DNA of 64,000 nucleotides from Terracidiphilus sp. (GTDB taxonomy: Bacteria; Acidobacteriota; Terriglobia; Terriglobales; Acidobacteriaceae): assembly GCA_035496515.1 (NCBI GenBank), contig DATJEO010000212.1, positions 1,701 to 65,700 on the forward strand. Direction: 5' to 3'. Positions 29,244-37,977 of this stretch are shown here, piece by piece. The notes beneath the pieces are model-generated. The model saw nothing but the letters and a program-made list of their open reading frames with translations. It was not told where the DNA came from and made no database searches. Each line of letters opens with the position of its first letter. The first letter of the stretch is position 1. Position numbers and translations under genes: made by a program.

Positions 29244-30680
29244 TCAATACCTTTGCATATAGACGACGTGGCTCTGCGTGAATTCATACAAGCCGTGTTT
29301 GCCGTCTGCGCCACCGATTCCGCTCTTGCGCCATCCAGCATGAAATCCCTGCATGGCTTCAAAGTTTTCCCGGTTGATGTAAGTTTCGCCAAATCGGATC
29401 TCCTGGCAGGCGCGCAGAGCTGTGTTCAGATCCTTGGTGTAGATGGAAGAAGTCAATCCGTACTCGCAGTCATTCGCATATGCAATTGCCTCGTCAAGAT
29501 CACCAAACTCAACAACCGGAATCACCGGGCCAAAGATCTCCTGACGGATCACATCCATCGCCTGGGTACAAGCTGAGAGAACTGTGGGCTCGTAGTAGAA
29601 TCCAGCGGCTCGGTCTGCGCGCTTGCCCCCTGTACGCACCTCGGCGCCTGCCGCCACCGCACTGCCAACGAGACGCTCCACTTTTTTGAATCCGCCTTCG
29701 TTGATCAAGGGGCCGTATTCCACGGTCTCATCTTCAATCGGATCACCAAAGTGGGTGGCCTGCATCGCACTGGTTAACTTATCAACAAACTCCTGCGCAA
29801 CCGAACGATGCACGTACACGCGCTCCGCACAGTTACAAACCTGCCCGCTGTTTATCACGCGAGACGCTTTGATTACCTTGACGGACAGATCGATGTCGGC
29901 ATCGGCCATCACGATTGCCGGTGCCTTCCCACCCAATTCAAGATTGACCTTGGTGATGTTCTTTGCGGCCGCAACCATCACCGCTGATCCAGTATTCACG
30001 CTGCCGGTAAAGCTGACCATTCCGACGTTTGGCGAAGAAGCTAGCGCTTGTCCCGCGACAGGCCCTCGACCATGCACGACGTTGATAAGCCCAGCGGGAA
30101 AATTCATCTCGGCGAGCAATTCGCAGAACTTTGCCGCGTTATGAGGCGTCTCTTCGCTGGGCTTGATGACGATGGTGTTGCCTGTAATCAGCGCCGGACC
30201 GGCCTTACGCGCGATCAGAAAGAATGGGAAATTCCAAGGAAGGATCCCGCCGATCACTCCGATTGGCCGACGAAACAAAAAGATCGTCTCTCCCTCTCGA
30301 TCACTCTCAATGATTTCGCCTTCTATGCGGCGACCCCATTCGGCCATGTAATCCAAATAGTCCGCGGTGAATTCTACTTCGACGCGTGCGAGTCCCAGCG
30401 TTTTTCCCTGCTCTTCAGTGATCACTCTCGCGAGCGGTTCGACATGTTGCCGAATCTTCGCTGCCAAAGCTTTGAGATGCGCGGCCCGCTTTGCCGCAGG
30501 AAGCGCTCCCCATGAATGTTGCGCTTCAGCCGCAGCCGCAACGGCGTCGCTAACATCCTGTTCCGTACTGTCCGGGACTGTACAGATTGGCAATCCGGTT
30601 GCGGGGTTGATGACTTCGATTCGCTTCTCGCCACTTGAGCGAACAAATTTGCCATTGATGAAATTATCGAAGGCCTTCAT
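29244..30680 (-). CDS. aldA: Lactaldehyde/glycolaldehyde dehydrogenase
   Basis: ILPWNFPFFLIARK, IKPSEETP, SFTGS, LELGGKAP, NSGQVCNCAERVY, EIFGP, GETYINRENFEAMQGFHAGWRKSGIGGADGKHGL. Confidence 0.9.
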   Translation of the reverse strand: MKAFDNFINGKFVRSSGEKRIEVINPATGLPICTVPDSTEQDVSDAVAAAAEAQHSWGALPAAKRAAHLKALAAKIRQHVEPLARVITEEQGKTLGLARVEVEFTADYLDYMAEWGRRIEGEIIESDREGETIFLFRRPIGVIGGILPWNFPFFLIARKAGPALITGNTIVIKPSEETPHNAAKFCELLAEMNFPAGLINVVHGRGPVAGQALASSPNVGMVSFTGSVNTGSAVMVAAAKNITKVNLELGGKAPAIVMADADIDLSVKVIKASRVINSGQVCNCAERVYVHRSVAQEFVDKLTSAMQATHFGDPIEDETVEYGPLINEGGFKKVERLVGSAVAAGAEVRTGGKRADRAAGFYYEPTVLSACTQAMDVIRQEIFGPVIPVVEFGDLDEAIAYANDCEYGLTSSIYTKDLNTALRACQEIRFGETYINRENFEAMQGFHAGWRKSGIGGADGKHGLYEFTQSHVVYMQRY

Positions 30681-30753
30681 CAGCCCTCCCTCATTAGCTG
30701 GATGCGCCAGGGATCGCATTTGAATGCCTGGATCGACCTGCCTGTGCGTGGTC

Positions 30754-30783
30754 AACTTAATTTTGGCCAAGTTGGACTGTCAA
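30754..30783 (-). promoter_or_regulatory. Sigma70-like promoter for aldA-SDR-rhaT
   Basis: Minus strand TTGACA followed 17-18 nt later by TTAAGT/TAAGTT. Confidence 0.45.
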
Positions 30784-30840
30784 GCAGATTCCCTGCGATC
30801 ATCTGCGGTTAGTCCCGCCAGGACGCAACGCGCCAAAAGC

Positions 30841-30869
30841 TTGACAGAGCCAAATGACTGCTCTAGTTT
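30841..30869 (+). promoter_or_regulatory. Sigma70-like promoter for the DUF4038 operon
   Basis: TTGACA-N17-TAGTTT. Confidence 0.55.
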
Positions 30870-30900
30870 TCCGTTACTGAACTAGCGCGGGAGGTCCTCG

Positions 30901-32595
30901 TTGCCTGGCGGGATAGTGTCTGACGGAATTTCGAGGCGCGACTTCATCAAGTCGATTGCGGTAACTGGAGCTGTGGCCTCCGCTGGTCGGTATGGATTCG
31001 CCGAAGCGATACCCGCCACCGCCGGTATGGCCAGCGAATGGTGCTACAAGAGCGATAAGCAATATTCCGACCCGTTCAACCAGGTCGAAATGGACGCGCT
31101 TATCACTACCCCTTCAGGAGCCGAAGAACGAGTCCCGGGATTCTGGGCTGGTGAGTCGACCTGGTGCGTCCGTTATGCGCCAATCGCAGCAGGTCGCTAC
31201 ACGGTCCGGTCGGTTTGCAGCGATACGAGCAATCGCAATCTTCACGGTCAGTCTCTGACCCTCAATGTTCAGGCCTATGCAGGTTCGAATCCTCACTACA
31301 AGCATGGCCCTTTGAAGATCGCACCGGAGAAGCGTCACTTTCAGCATGCGGACGGAACGCCATTCTTCTGGCTCGGCGATACATGGTGGATGGGCCTGTG
31401 CAAACGCCTCTCGTGGCCCGATGGCTTCGAATCGCTGACAGCAGATCGAGTACACAAAGGCTTCACCATCGTACAGATTGTTGCGGGTCTCTATCCCGAC
31501 ATGGAGCCTTTTGACGAGCGCGGCGCAAATGAGGCGGGCTATCCCTGGGATCGCGATTTTGCCAAAATCAATCCCGCGTATTTCGACATGGCCGATGTCC
31601 GCATCCGGTACCTCGCAGATCACGGCCTTGCAGCGTGCATCGTCGGCTTCTGGGGATACTTCATCCCGCGAATGGGAATGGAGAAAGTAAAGAAACACTG
31701 GCGCTATCTTGTTGCTCGCTGGAGCGCCTACCCTGTGGTCTGGTGTCTGGCAGGCGAAGGCACGATGCCCTACTATCTCTCAAAAACTCCTGAAGCAGAC
31801 GCTGCAGCACAGAAGCACGGTCTCACCGAGCTGGCCCGCTATGTTCGGTCGATTGACCCGCACAAGCATCCCATCACCATTCATCCATCCAGTAGTGCCC
31901 GCGAATGCGTCGATGATCCATCTGTCCTGGATTTCGACATGCTTCAAACGGGGCACAGTGATAGGCAAAGTGTGCCCAACACGATCGAAACGGTAAACCG
32001 CTCCCTTGCCGCCACACCGCAAATGCCGGTGCTCATCGGCGAGGTCTGCTACGAAGGAATACAGGAGGCGAGCCGGCAGGAAGTGCAGCGATTCATGTTC
32101 TGGTCGTCCCTACTGAGCGGCAGTGGTGGTCACACTTATGGCGCGAATGGAATCTGGCAGGTGAATACCCGCGAGAAGCCATATGGGCTTTCTCCTCATG
32201 GCCACTCCTGGGGCGGTCCGGCATGGGATATCGCTGCCGCGCTTCCAGGATCGGGCCAACTTGGCCTGGCGAAGTCGCTGCTCACGCGATATTCGTGGTG
32301 GAAGCTGGAGCCAAAACCGGATTTGATTGATCCCCGATGGAGCAAGGAGGACTACTGGAAGCCATTCTCTGCGGAAATTCCGGGCGAGGTAATCATCGCG
32401 TTTATCCCCGCATCGTACACAGGCTCGACCTTCCGCAATCTCAAAGCTGGAAGGTACCGGGCTTTCTTTTTCAACCCCGTCGACGGAGCAGAAACAAACA
32501 TTGGAGCGGTCACCCCAGGGGCTGACGGATCGTGGAAGATTGCCGAGGTGCCCATCTTCCAAGACTGGGTTGTCGTCCTTGAAAGGAAGGCATGA
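30901..32595 (+). CDS. Tat-exported DUF5060/DUF4038 protein (GH140/apiosidase-like glycoside hydrolase)
   Basis: SRRDFIK; YSDPFN, GFWAG..W.VRYAP, HADGTPFFWLGDTWW, YLVARW, WCLAGE, DFDMLQTGH, GEVCYEG, GHTYGANGIW. Confidence 0.8.
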   Translation: MPGGIVSDGISRRDFIKSIAVTGAVASAGRYGFAEAIPATAGMASEWCYKSDKQYSDPFNQVEMDALITTPSGAEERVPGFWAGESTWCVRYAPIAAGRYTVRSVCSDTSNRNLHGQSLTLNVQAYAGSNPHYKHGPLKIAPEKRHFQHADGTPFFWLGDTWWMGLCKRLSWPDGFESLTADRVHKGFTIVQIVAGLYPDMEPFDERGANEAGYPWDRDFAKINPAYFDMADVRIRYLADHGLAACIVGFWGYFIPRMGMEKVKKHWRYLVARWSAYPVVWCLAGEGTMPYYLSKTPEADAAAQKHGLTELARYVRSIDPHKHPITIHPSSSARECVDDPSVLDFDMLQTGHSDRQSVPNTIETVNRSLAATPQMPVLIGEVCYEGIQEASRQEVQRFMFWSSLLSGSGGHTYGANGIWQVNTREKPYGLSPHGHSWGGPAWDIAAALPGSGQLGLAKSLLTRYSWWKLEPKPDLIDPRWSKEDYWKPFSAEIPGEVIIAFIPASYTGSTFRNLKAGRYRAFFFNPVDGAETNIGAVTPGADGSWKIAEVPIFQDWVVVLERKA

Positions 32596-33686
32596 CTCAT
32601 CCGGACGAAGCGAAAAACACAAGACCGTCAGAACCCTTCCGGGTGAGTCTATCGGCTGACTTTTGCCGCGCGGATGGTTTCCTTGCGTTTCCTGATATTG
32701 GTCTCTCACTTTTCGATCAGACTCCCTCACTCGCCTACGGCTTTCTCAGTGAGTACCTCCCAGAATATTCGCCCGCGCAACTTGCCAACTGCGATGTTCT
32801 GATTTCGCTGAAGCCCCGAGTTACAGCGCAATCTCTTGCAGGCATCGATCGGCTATGTGCAATCGGCCGATGCGGCGTCGGCTATGACAACGTGGACCTC
32901 AACGCCTGCACAGAACGTGGGATCGCGGTATACATCACTCCGACAGCCGTGGTTCGCCCCGTCGCTGAATCCATACTTCTGCTGATTCTGGCACTCTCAC
33001 ATCGCCTCATGGACAAAGACAGACTCGTTCGCCAGGGTCGATGGGCAGAGAGTACGCAGCCCCTGGGCCGAGAGCCGCGCGATCGCGTGGTCGGTACGAT
33101 CGGTCTGGGCAATATTGCTTGTGAAGCGATTCGGTTGATGCGAGTGTTGGACGTGCGCAACTTTCTCGCCTTTGATCCATATGCATCAGAGTCTCGGGCC
33201 GCGGAGCTTGGTGTAAAGCTTGTCGGGCTCGATGAATTGCTAATGCGCTCAGACTACGTTCTCGTGAATTGTCCACTCACGCCAGAGACGCGAGGACTTA
33301 TTGGGCCCGAGCAATTTTCGAGAATGAAGCCCGATGCGGTGCTCATCAATACAGCACGCGGACCGATTGTGAACGAAGCTGCGCTGATCGATGCGCTGCA
33401 ACAGCGAAAGATCGCAGGGGCCGCGCTGGACGTGTTCGAGAGGGAGCCGCTGAGCGCCGAATCGCCATTGGTCTCAATGGAGAATGTGATCCTTACTTCG
33501 CACTCCATCGCCTGGACGGAAGAACTTTTCAGGGATATGGGCCGAATGGACTGTGTGGGCGCACTTGCTGCCTATCGCGGTGAGGTACCGACGCATGTCG
33601 TAAATGTGAAGGTGCTCGACAATCCAAAATTCCTTGAGAAGCTCGAGCGTCGAAGAGTCATTGCGACAGCGCAGGAGGTTAGGTGA
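32592..33686 (+). CDS. D-isomer-specific 2-hydroxyacid dehydrogenase
   Basis: GVGYDNVD, IGLGNIA, PLTPETRGLI, INTARG, ALDVFE.EP, LTSHS. Confidence 0.9.
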   Translation: MTHPDEAKNTRPSEPFRVSLSADFCRADGFLAFPDIGLSLFDQTPSLAYGFLSEYLPEYSPAQLANCDVLISLKPRVTAQSLAGIDRLCAIGRCGVGYDNVDLNACTERGIAVYITPTAVVRPVAESILLLILALSHRLMDKDRLVRQGRWAESTQPLGREPRDRVVGTIGLGNIACEAIRLMRVLDVRNFLAFDPYASESRAAELGVKLVGLDELLMRSDYVLVNCPLTPETRGLIGPEQFSRMKPDAVLINTARGPIVNEAALIDALQQRKIAGAALDVFEREPLSAESPLVSMENVILTSHSIAWTEELFRDMGRMDCVGALAAYRGEVPTHVVNVKVLDNPKFLEKLERRRVIATAQEVR

Positions 33687-34456
33687 AAAGCTTCCGGCAG
33701 CGCGTTCGCGATGGAGAGTTGCTGGTTGGACAGCTTCTTCTTGAGTTCTTTACGCCCGGGATCGGCCCGTTGCTGGATGCGTGCGGTCTCGACTTCGTAA
33801 TCTTTGACATGGAGCATGGACGTTGCGATATTGGCATGCTCGAGATGTTGATTGCATCTTGCCGCGGCAGCAGCATCGTACCGATGGCTCGTGTTCCAGA
33901 CCTGAACTTTGCACCTCTCTCTCGCGTTCTCGACATTGGCGCAAAGGGAGTCATGATTCCTCGTGTCGAGACCAGACAACAAACTGAAGAAATCGTTCGG
34001 CAGCTCAAATACGCCCCTGAAGGCAAACGAGGGGTTGCCTTGGGCATTGCCCACGACCTCTATCGGCCGGCAGGCAAAGAATTCTTTGCAAAAGCAAACC
34101 AGGACACCGTAGTGATCATTCAGGTGGAGACGGCGAGGGCATTCGAGAATCTCGAAGAGATCATCTCGGTTCCCGGGGTCGACGTGGCCTGGATTGGCCA
34201 CTACGACTTGACGGTCTCAATGGGATTTCCTGCGCAATTCGATCATCCTAAACTTATCGACGCAATGAATGATCTCGTGCGAATCTGCCGGAAATACGGT
34301 GTGGCACCTGGATTTCTTCCGCCAAATCAAGAGTCGGCCGCTCATTGGATCGCGCAAGGATTCAGAATGATCAGCCTGGGCAGCGATATAGGTGTGTTCC
34401 TGGACGGCATCAACAGATTCCGAGCTCATATCGAACAGAATGGTGGAGCGAAATGA
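33683..34456 (+). CDS. HpcH/HpaI-family class II pyruvate aldolase
   Basis: DFVIFDMEHG, ARVP, LDIGAKGVMIP, G.RG, QVET, VPGVD...IG..DL. Confidence 0.9.
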   Translation: MKSFRQRVRDGELLVGQLLLEFFTPGIGPLLDACGLDFVIFDMEHGRCDIGMLEMLIASCRGSSIVPMARVPDLNFAPLSRVLDIGAKGVMIPRVETRQQTEEIVRQLKYAPEGKRGVALGIAHDLYRPAGKEFFAKANQDTVVIIQVETARAFENLEEIISVPGVDVAWIGHYDLTVSMGFPAQFDHPKLIDAMNDLVRICRKYGVAPGFLPPNQESAAHWIAQGFRMISLGSDIGVFLDGINRFRAHIEQNGGAK

Positions 34457-35229
34457 ATTTTTCCGTGCAGGCATTCAATGCCGGGACTTTCTGGGTCCCA
34501 GGTCCTGAGGTCTACTGGATGGAAGCATGGAACCGGCGCGAGGAGATGAATCTTCTCATCTATTTGGTTCGCGCTGGCGATCGCAACATTCTCATCAATA
34601 CCGGCCCGCCCCAGGATCTGACGATCATCAACCAGGCGTGGTTGAACTTCTTCGGCTATCCAGAAGCTCAGATCGTCCGGACTGAAGCCCAACTTCCGCA
34701 GAACATCCTCCGCTCGCAGGGTCTCGCTCCAGAGGACATTTCACTTGTGCTGGTTACGCCGCTTCAGGCTTATGCCACAGCGAATATCCCGATGTTTCGG
34801 AACGCAACTATCGGCATCTCACGCCGCGGCTGGATAGGAGATTTTCAGGCGCCTTTCTACCACCTTCATGTTCCGCGTCATCTCCGCGTTCCTCCCGACG
34901 TCAACCAGTACCTGCAGAATGATGGATGGGAAAAACTGCGACTCCTTGCCGATGAAGAAGAGATATTACCGGGACTTCGTGTCTTCTGGGCAGGCGTTCA
35001 TCATCGTTCCTCAATTGCCGTTGCGATTGATACTGTCAAAGGCACTGTCATCATCTCCGATTGCTTTTTCAAATACGGGAACATCGAATCCGGGAAGTAC
35101 CTCGGCGTCATGGAAAGCATGATCGAAGCCGATGCGACCTGGTCGCGAATTCGCAAAGAGGCAGCGATATTTGCGTCCATTTATGATCCGGAAATCTTCC
35201 TTCGGCATCCAGGTGGCGTTCTCGCCTAA
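34453..35229 (+). CDS. Metallo-beta-lactamase-fold protein (AHL-lactonase-like) with degenerate metal site
   Basis: ILINTG, GLAPEDISLVLVT-PLQAYA (where HxHxDH is expected), EILPGLRV..AGVH, DTVKGTVIISD, IYDP; ATGA overlap with the aldolase. Confidence 0.7.
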   Translation: MNFSVQAFNAGTFWVPGPEVYWMEAWNRREEMNLLIYLVRAGDRNILINTGPPQDLTIINQAWLNFFGYPEAQIVRTEAQLPQNILRSQGLAPEDISLVLVTPLQAYATANIPMFRNATIGISRRGWIGDFQAPFYHLHVPRHLRVPPDVNQYLQNDGWEKLRLLADEEEILPGLRVFWAGVHHRSSIAVAIDTVKGTVIISDCFFKYGNIESGKYLGVMESMIEADATWSRIRKEAAIFASIYDPEIFLRHPGGVLA

Positions 35230-35432
35230 CTCATCGAAGAGGTCCGCCTCCCTATGGCGCCCCGTAAATTACCCTGGACGATTGTGATTATCGCAGCGAA
35301 ATGCGAGGAATGGCACTCCTGGATCTGGGGGTTGGTCGTTAGCTCAAAACACCCGGACACGATTTGCTGGACGCACGACTGATGGAGGGTGGATCGCTGT
35401 GATCGACTGGCTCTGAGAACAGGCGCTGCGTG

Positions 35433-37931
35433 TCACTTCGCTTGCATCTCCATCTGGAACCTGTATTGGGGTATCAGAGTCGCTCCCTTCAAATCCACGA
35501 TTTGGCCTCTTTCGTCAAAGCTGGCCCGACGCCCCTTCTCGAAAAAGATAGGAGCGTCCTTTCTCAAAGGGAGAATGCTAAGCTCAAGCGGTCCACCGCC
35601 TGTTTTTGAGATGAAGCCTTGCAGTCCAATCGTCCACGGCATGCCGTTATTGAAATTATCGTCGAGCAGATTCCCACCTGCCGAGAGTCGAGCCACGTCG
35701 CCTGCGTAATCAATCTTGAGAAAGATGTTGCTGATTGTGCTGCTCTGAAGATTCGCCGGAGCGGATATCGCCCATTTCGCGGCCAATCTGAAATCGGAAT
35801 CGTCGGGAGCCATTGCGACCCCTTTTAAGCGCCACGAGAGCGGCGATCCGAGTTTCACTGGTGGCACTTCGCCCGCGGCTCTGAGTTTCTCGATTTTCAT
35901 TTTCAGATGGGCCTCGGAGACGAAGCCCGTGTAATACATCGTCTCATCAACTCTCAAGGAGTCCAGATTGCCACCGGCAAGCTTCAAATCTCCATGGAAG
36001 ACTGGATAGAGGCTGAAGTCGCAACGCGCGGTCCCTTCAGACTGGAGCACAAACGAATCTTTATCCGTGAAGAAGTCTTGTCCGGTTTCAAGCAGGTGCA
36101 TTGAACCATCGATGCTGGTTTTCCAAGCGTTTTCGGCATCTCGTTCTGATAGCAGAATCAGCTGGACCTCGGGACCCTTCCCTTTCCGAATCCGTATTGG
36201 ATGAACGAGCCCGGTCGGAATCCGGGAAATCGAAATGTCTTCACCCCGCCTTTGCACAAGTGCACCGTCCGCATGTACCGCCAAGCCGGGATCGTTCTTC
36301 ATGACGAATTCGCCCGGGATGCCCGGGATCTCTTCAAAAAAATAGGCATCCACATCGCGTGTCGTGATACGTGTGAACAACTGTGCAGTGGCATACTTCA
36401 AAGTCGAATCGCCGACTTCCAGATTGATCGGCCAGATGAAGTATGCGCCCGATGGGATGTCAATCGGCTTCTCGGGCACTTGCAGTTCTGACTCCGGCAG
36501 CAGAATCTGAAACTGCGTATTGGCTCGGACGGGAGTCGTCGCTCCTCGAACGTAGTTGTTCACGAACAAAAAGCCATGCTGACCATCGCTGCGAACGGAA
36601 GCGCGAACGACACTGAAATCGCCTGGACTCCGCGGAATGCTGGCGGGCGCATGGACCGACATCCGGGCCAACTCGCTTCCAAAGTCGTTCAGGAAATAAT
36701 GGAAGACCTTCAGTTTTCGAAATGAGGAGCGCTCTTGTCCAAATGCGCTCAGGGGAGCTTGGAAATCGTACGACTTCACAGGAACGTCTGTCGGGTAGCC
36801 GGTCGACTGCGATTCCTGGAGAGAGGTCAAACGCCCGTCGGGGTTTTGACCACCCTGGAACATGTAGTAGCCGTACAAATTGGCGCCTGAGCCGAGCATT
36901 ACCGGCACCATCGCTGCCACGTCGTCGGGCTCTATGATCGGTCTGCGATGATATGTGTCCTGAACTCCGCCGCCCAACTCGGCGGTAAGAAAGGGCGTGT
37001 CCCACTGCTCGGATTTGGATTGGTGAGGTCCGCCTATCATTCCCATGTTGCCCGCGACCCGGCTGTCAAACCTGAACATGTAGACCTCATTGGGAGCGAG
37101 ATCTGTGGACGATGAATCCCATGGCGCGTCGGGGTACCCACCGAAAACGGGCAACACCTCACCTTTTGGCACAACCGCGTTATCCCATCCTGTCACGGTG
37201 TACAAAGGAACATCGAGCCCGCTCTGAACCGCCAGTCTTTTGAGAGCGATGATATGTTCCTCGCCTTGCAGGGGGCCTTGTGCCGCATATTCGTTTTCCA
37301 ATTGAATTCCGATAACCGGGCCGCCATCTTTCCAGAGCAGCCCTTTCAACTGGGCACCTACCTGTGCATAGAAGGTGGACACAGACGCCATATAGTTGGG
37401 GTCGTTCCGGCGGGTAGGGCTTCTTTTCAGCAGCCAATCGGGAAATCCGCCGTTCCTGACTTCTCCATGTGTCCAAGGCCCAATTCTCGCGAAGACATAC
37501 AGATCGTGCTTCCGGCACAACTCGACGAAACGTTTCAGATCCTTTCGTCCCGACCAGTCGAATTCGCCTTCAATTTCTTCGTGATGAATCCAAATGACGT
37601 ATGTGGATACAATCTGCACCCCTGCGGACTTCATCTTGAGGAGTTCTTCTTCCCATTCGGACTCTGGAACACGCGAGTAGTGAAACTCACCCATCACTGG
37701 AAGCCAGGGACGCCCGTCCATCGTCAGGTACATCGAGTTGATCCCAATCGTGTGACCGGACGGTGATGAGAGGCTTCCCCCGTGGTATGAAGATGGCTTC
37801 GGAACCTGAGACGCCGTGCGCGCATCGATGGTGATCGAATTCACAGGGGCATCAAATGCGCGTCCCCTCAAATCAAAAGCGAACAACAAGAAGAGACCAA
37901 GAACCGCAATCTGTAAACTGCGCAATCTCAT
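35433..37931 (-). CDS. GH35 beta-galactosidase
   Basis: Signal peptide; MGEFHYSR, YVIWIHHEE, RIGPW.HGE.RNGG.PDW, IQLENEY, AELGGG, GYYMFQGG, SYDFQAPL. Confidence 0.92.
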   Translation of the reverse strand: MRLRSLQIAVLGLFLLFAFDLRGRAFDAPVNSITIDARTASQVPKPSSYHGGSLSSPSGHTIGINSMYLTMDGRPWLPVMGEFHYSRVPESEWEEELLKMKSAGVQIVSTYVIWIHHEEIEGEFDWSGRKDLKRFVELCRKHDLYVFARIGPWTHGEVRNGGFPDWLLKRSPTRRNDPNYMASVSTFYAQVGAQLKGLLWKDGGPVIGIQLENEYAAQGPLQGEEHIIALKRLAVQSGLDVPLYTVTGWDNAVVPKGEVLPVFGGYPDAPWDSSSTDLAPNEVYMFRFDSRVAGNMGMIGGPHQSKSEQWDTPFLTAELGGGVQDTYHRRPIIEPDDVAAMVPVMLGSGANLYGYYMFQGGQNPDGRLTSLQESQSTGYPTDVPVKSYDFQAPLSAFGQERSSFRKLKVFHYFLNDFGSELARMSVHAPASIPRSPGDFSVVRASVRSDGQHGFLFVNNYVRGATTPVRANTQFQILLPESELQVPEKPIDIPSGAYFIWPINLEVGDSTLKYATAQLFTRITTRDVDAYFFEEIPGIPGEFVMKNDPGLAVHADGALVQRRGEDISISRIPTGLVHPIRIRKGKGPEVQLILLSERDAENAWKTSIDGSMHLLETGQDFFTDKDSFVLQSEGTARCDFSLYPVFHGDLKLAGGNLDSLRVDETMYYTGFVSEAHLKMKIEKLRAAGEVPPVKLGSPLSWRLKGVAMAPDDSDFRLAAKWAISAPANLQSSTISNIFLKIDYAGDVARLSAGGNLLDDNFNNGMPWTIGLQGFISKTGGGPLELSILPLRKDAPIFFEKGRRASFDERGQIVDLKGATLIPQYRFQMEMQAK

Positions 37932-37977
37932 GGGATGATTCGATCTCCGGTGTGACTAAATGTGAACAGTCCTGAAA

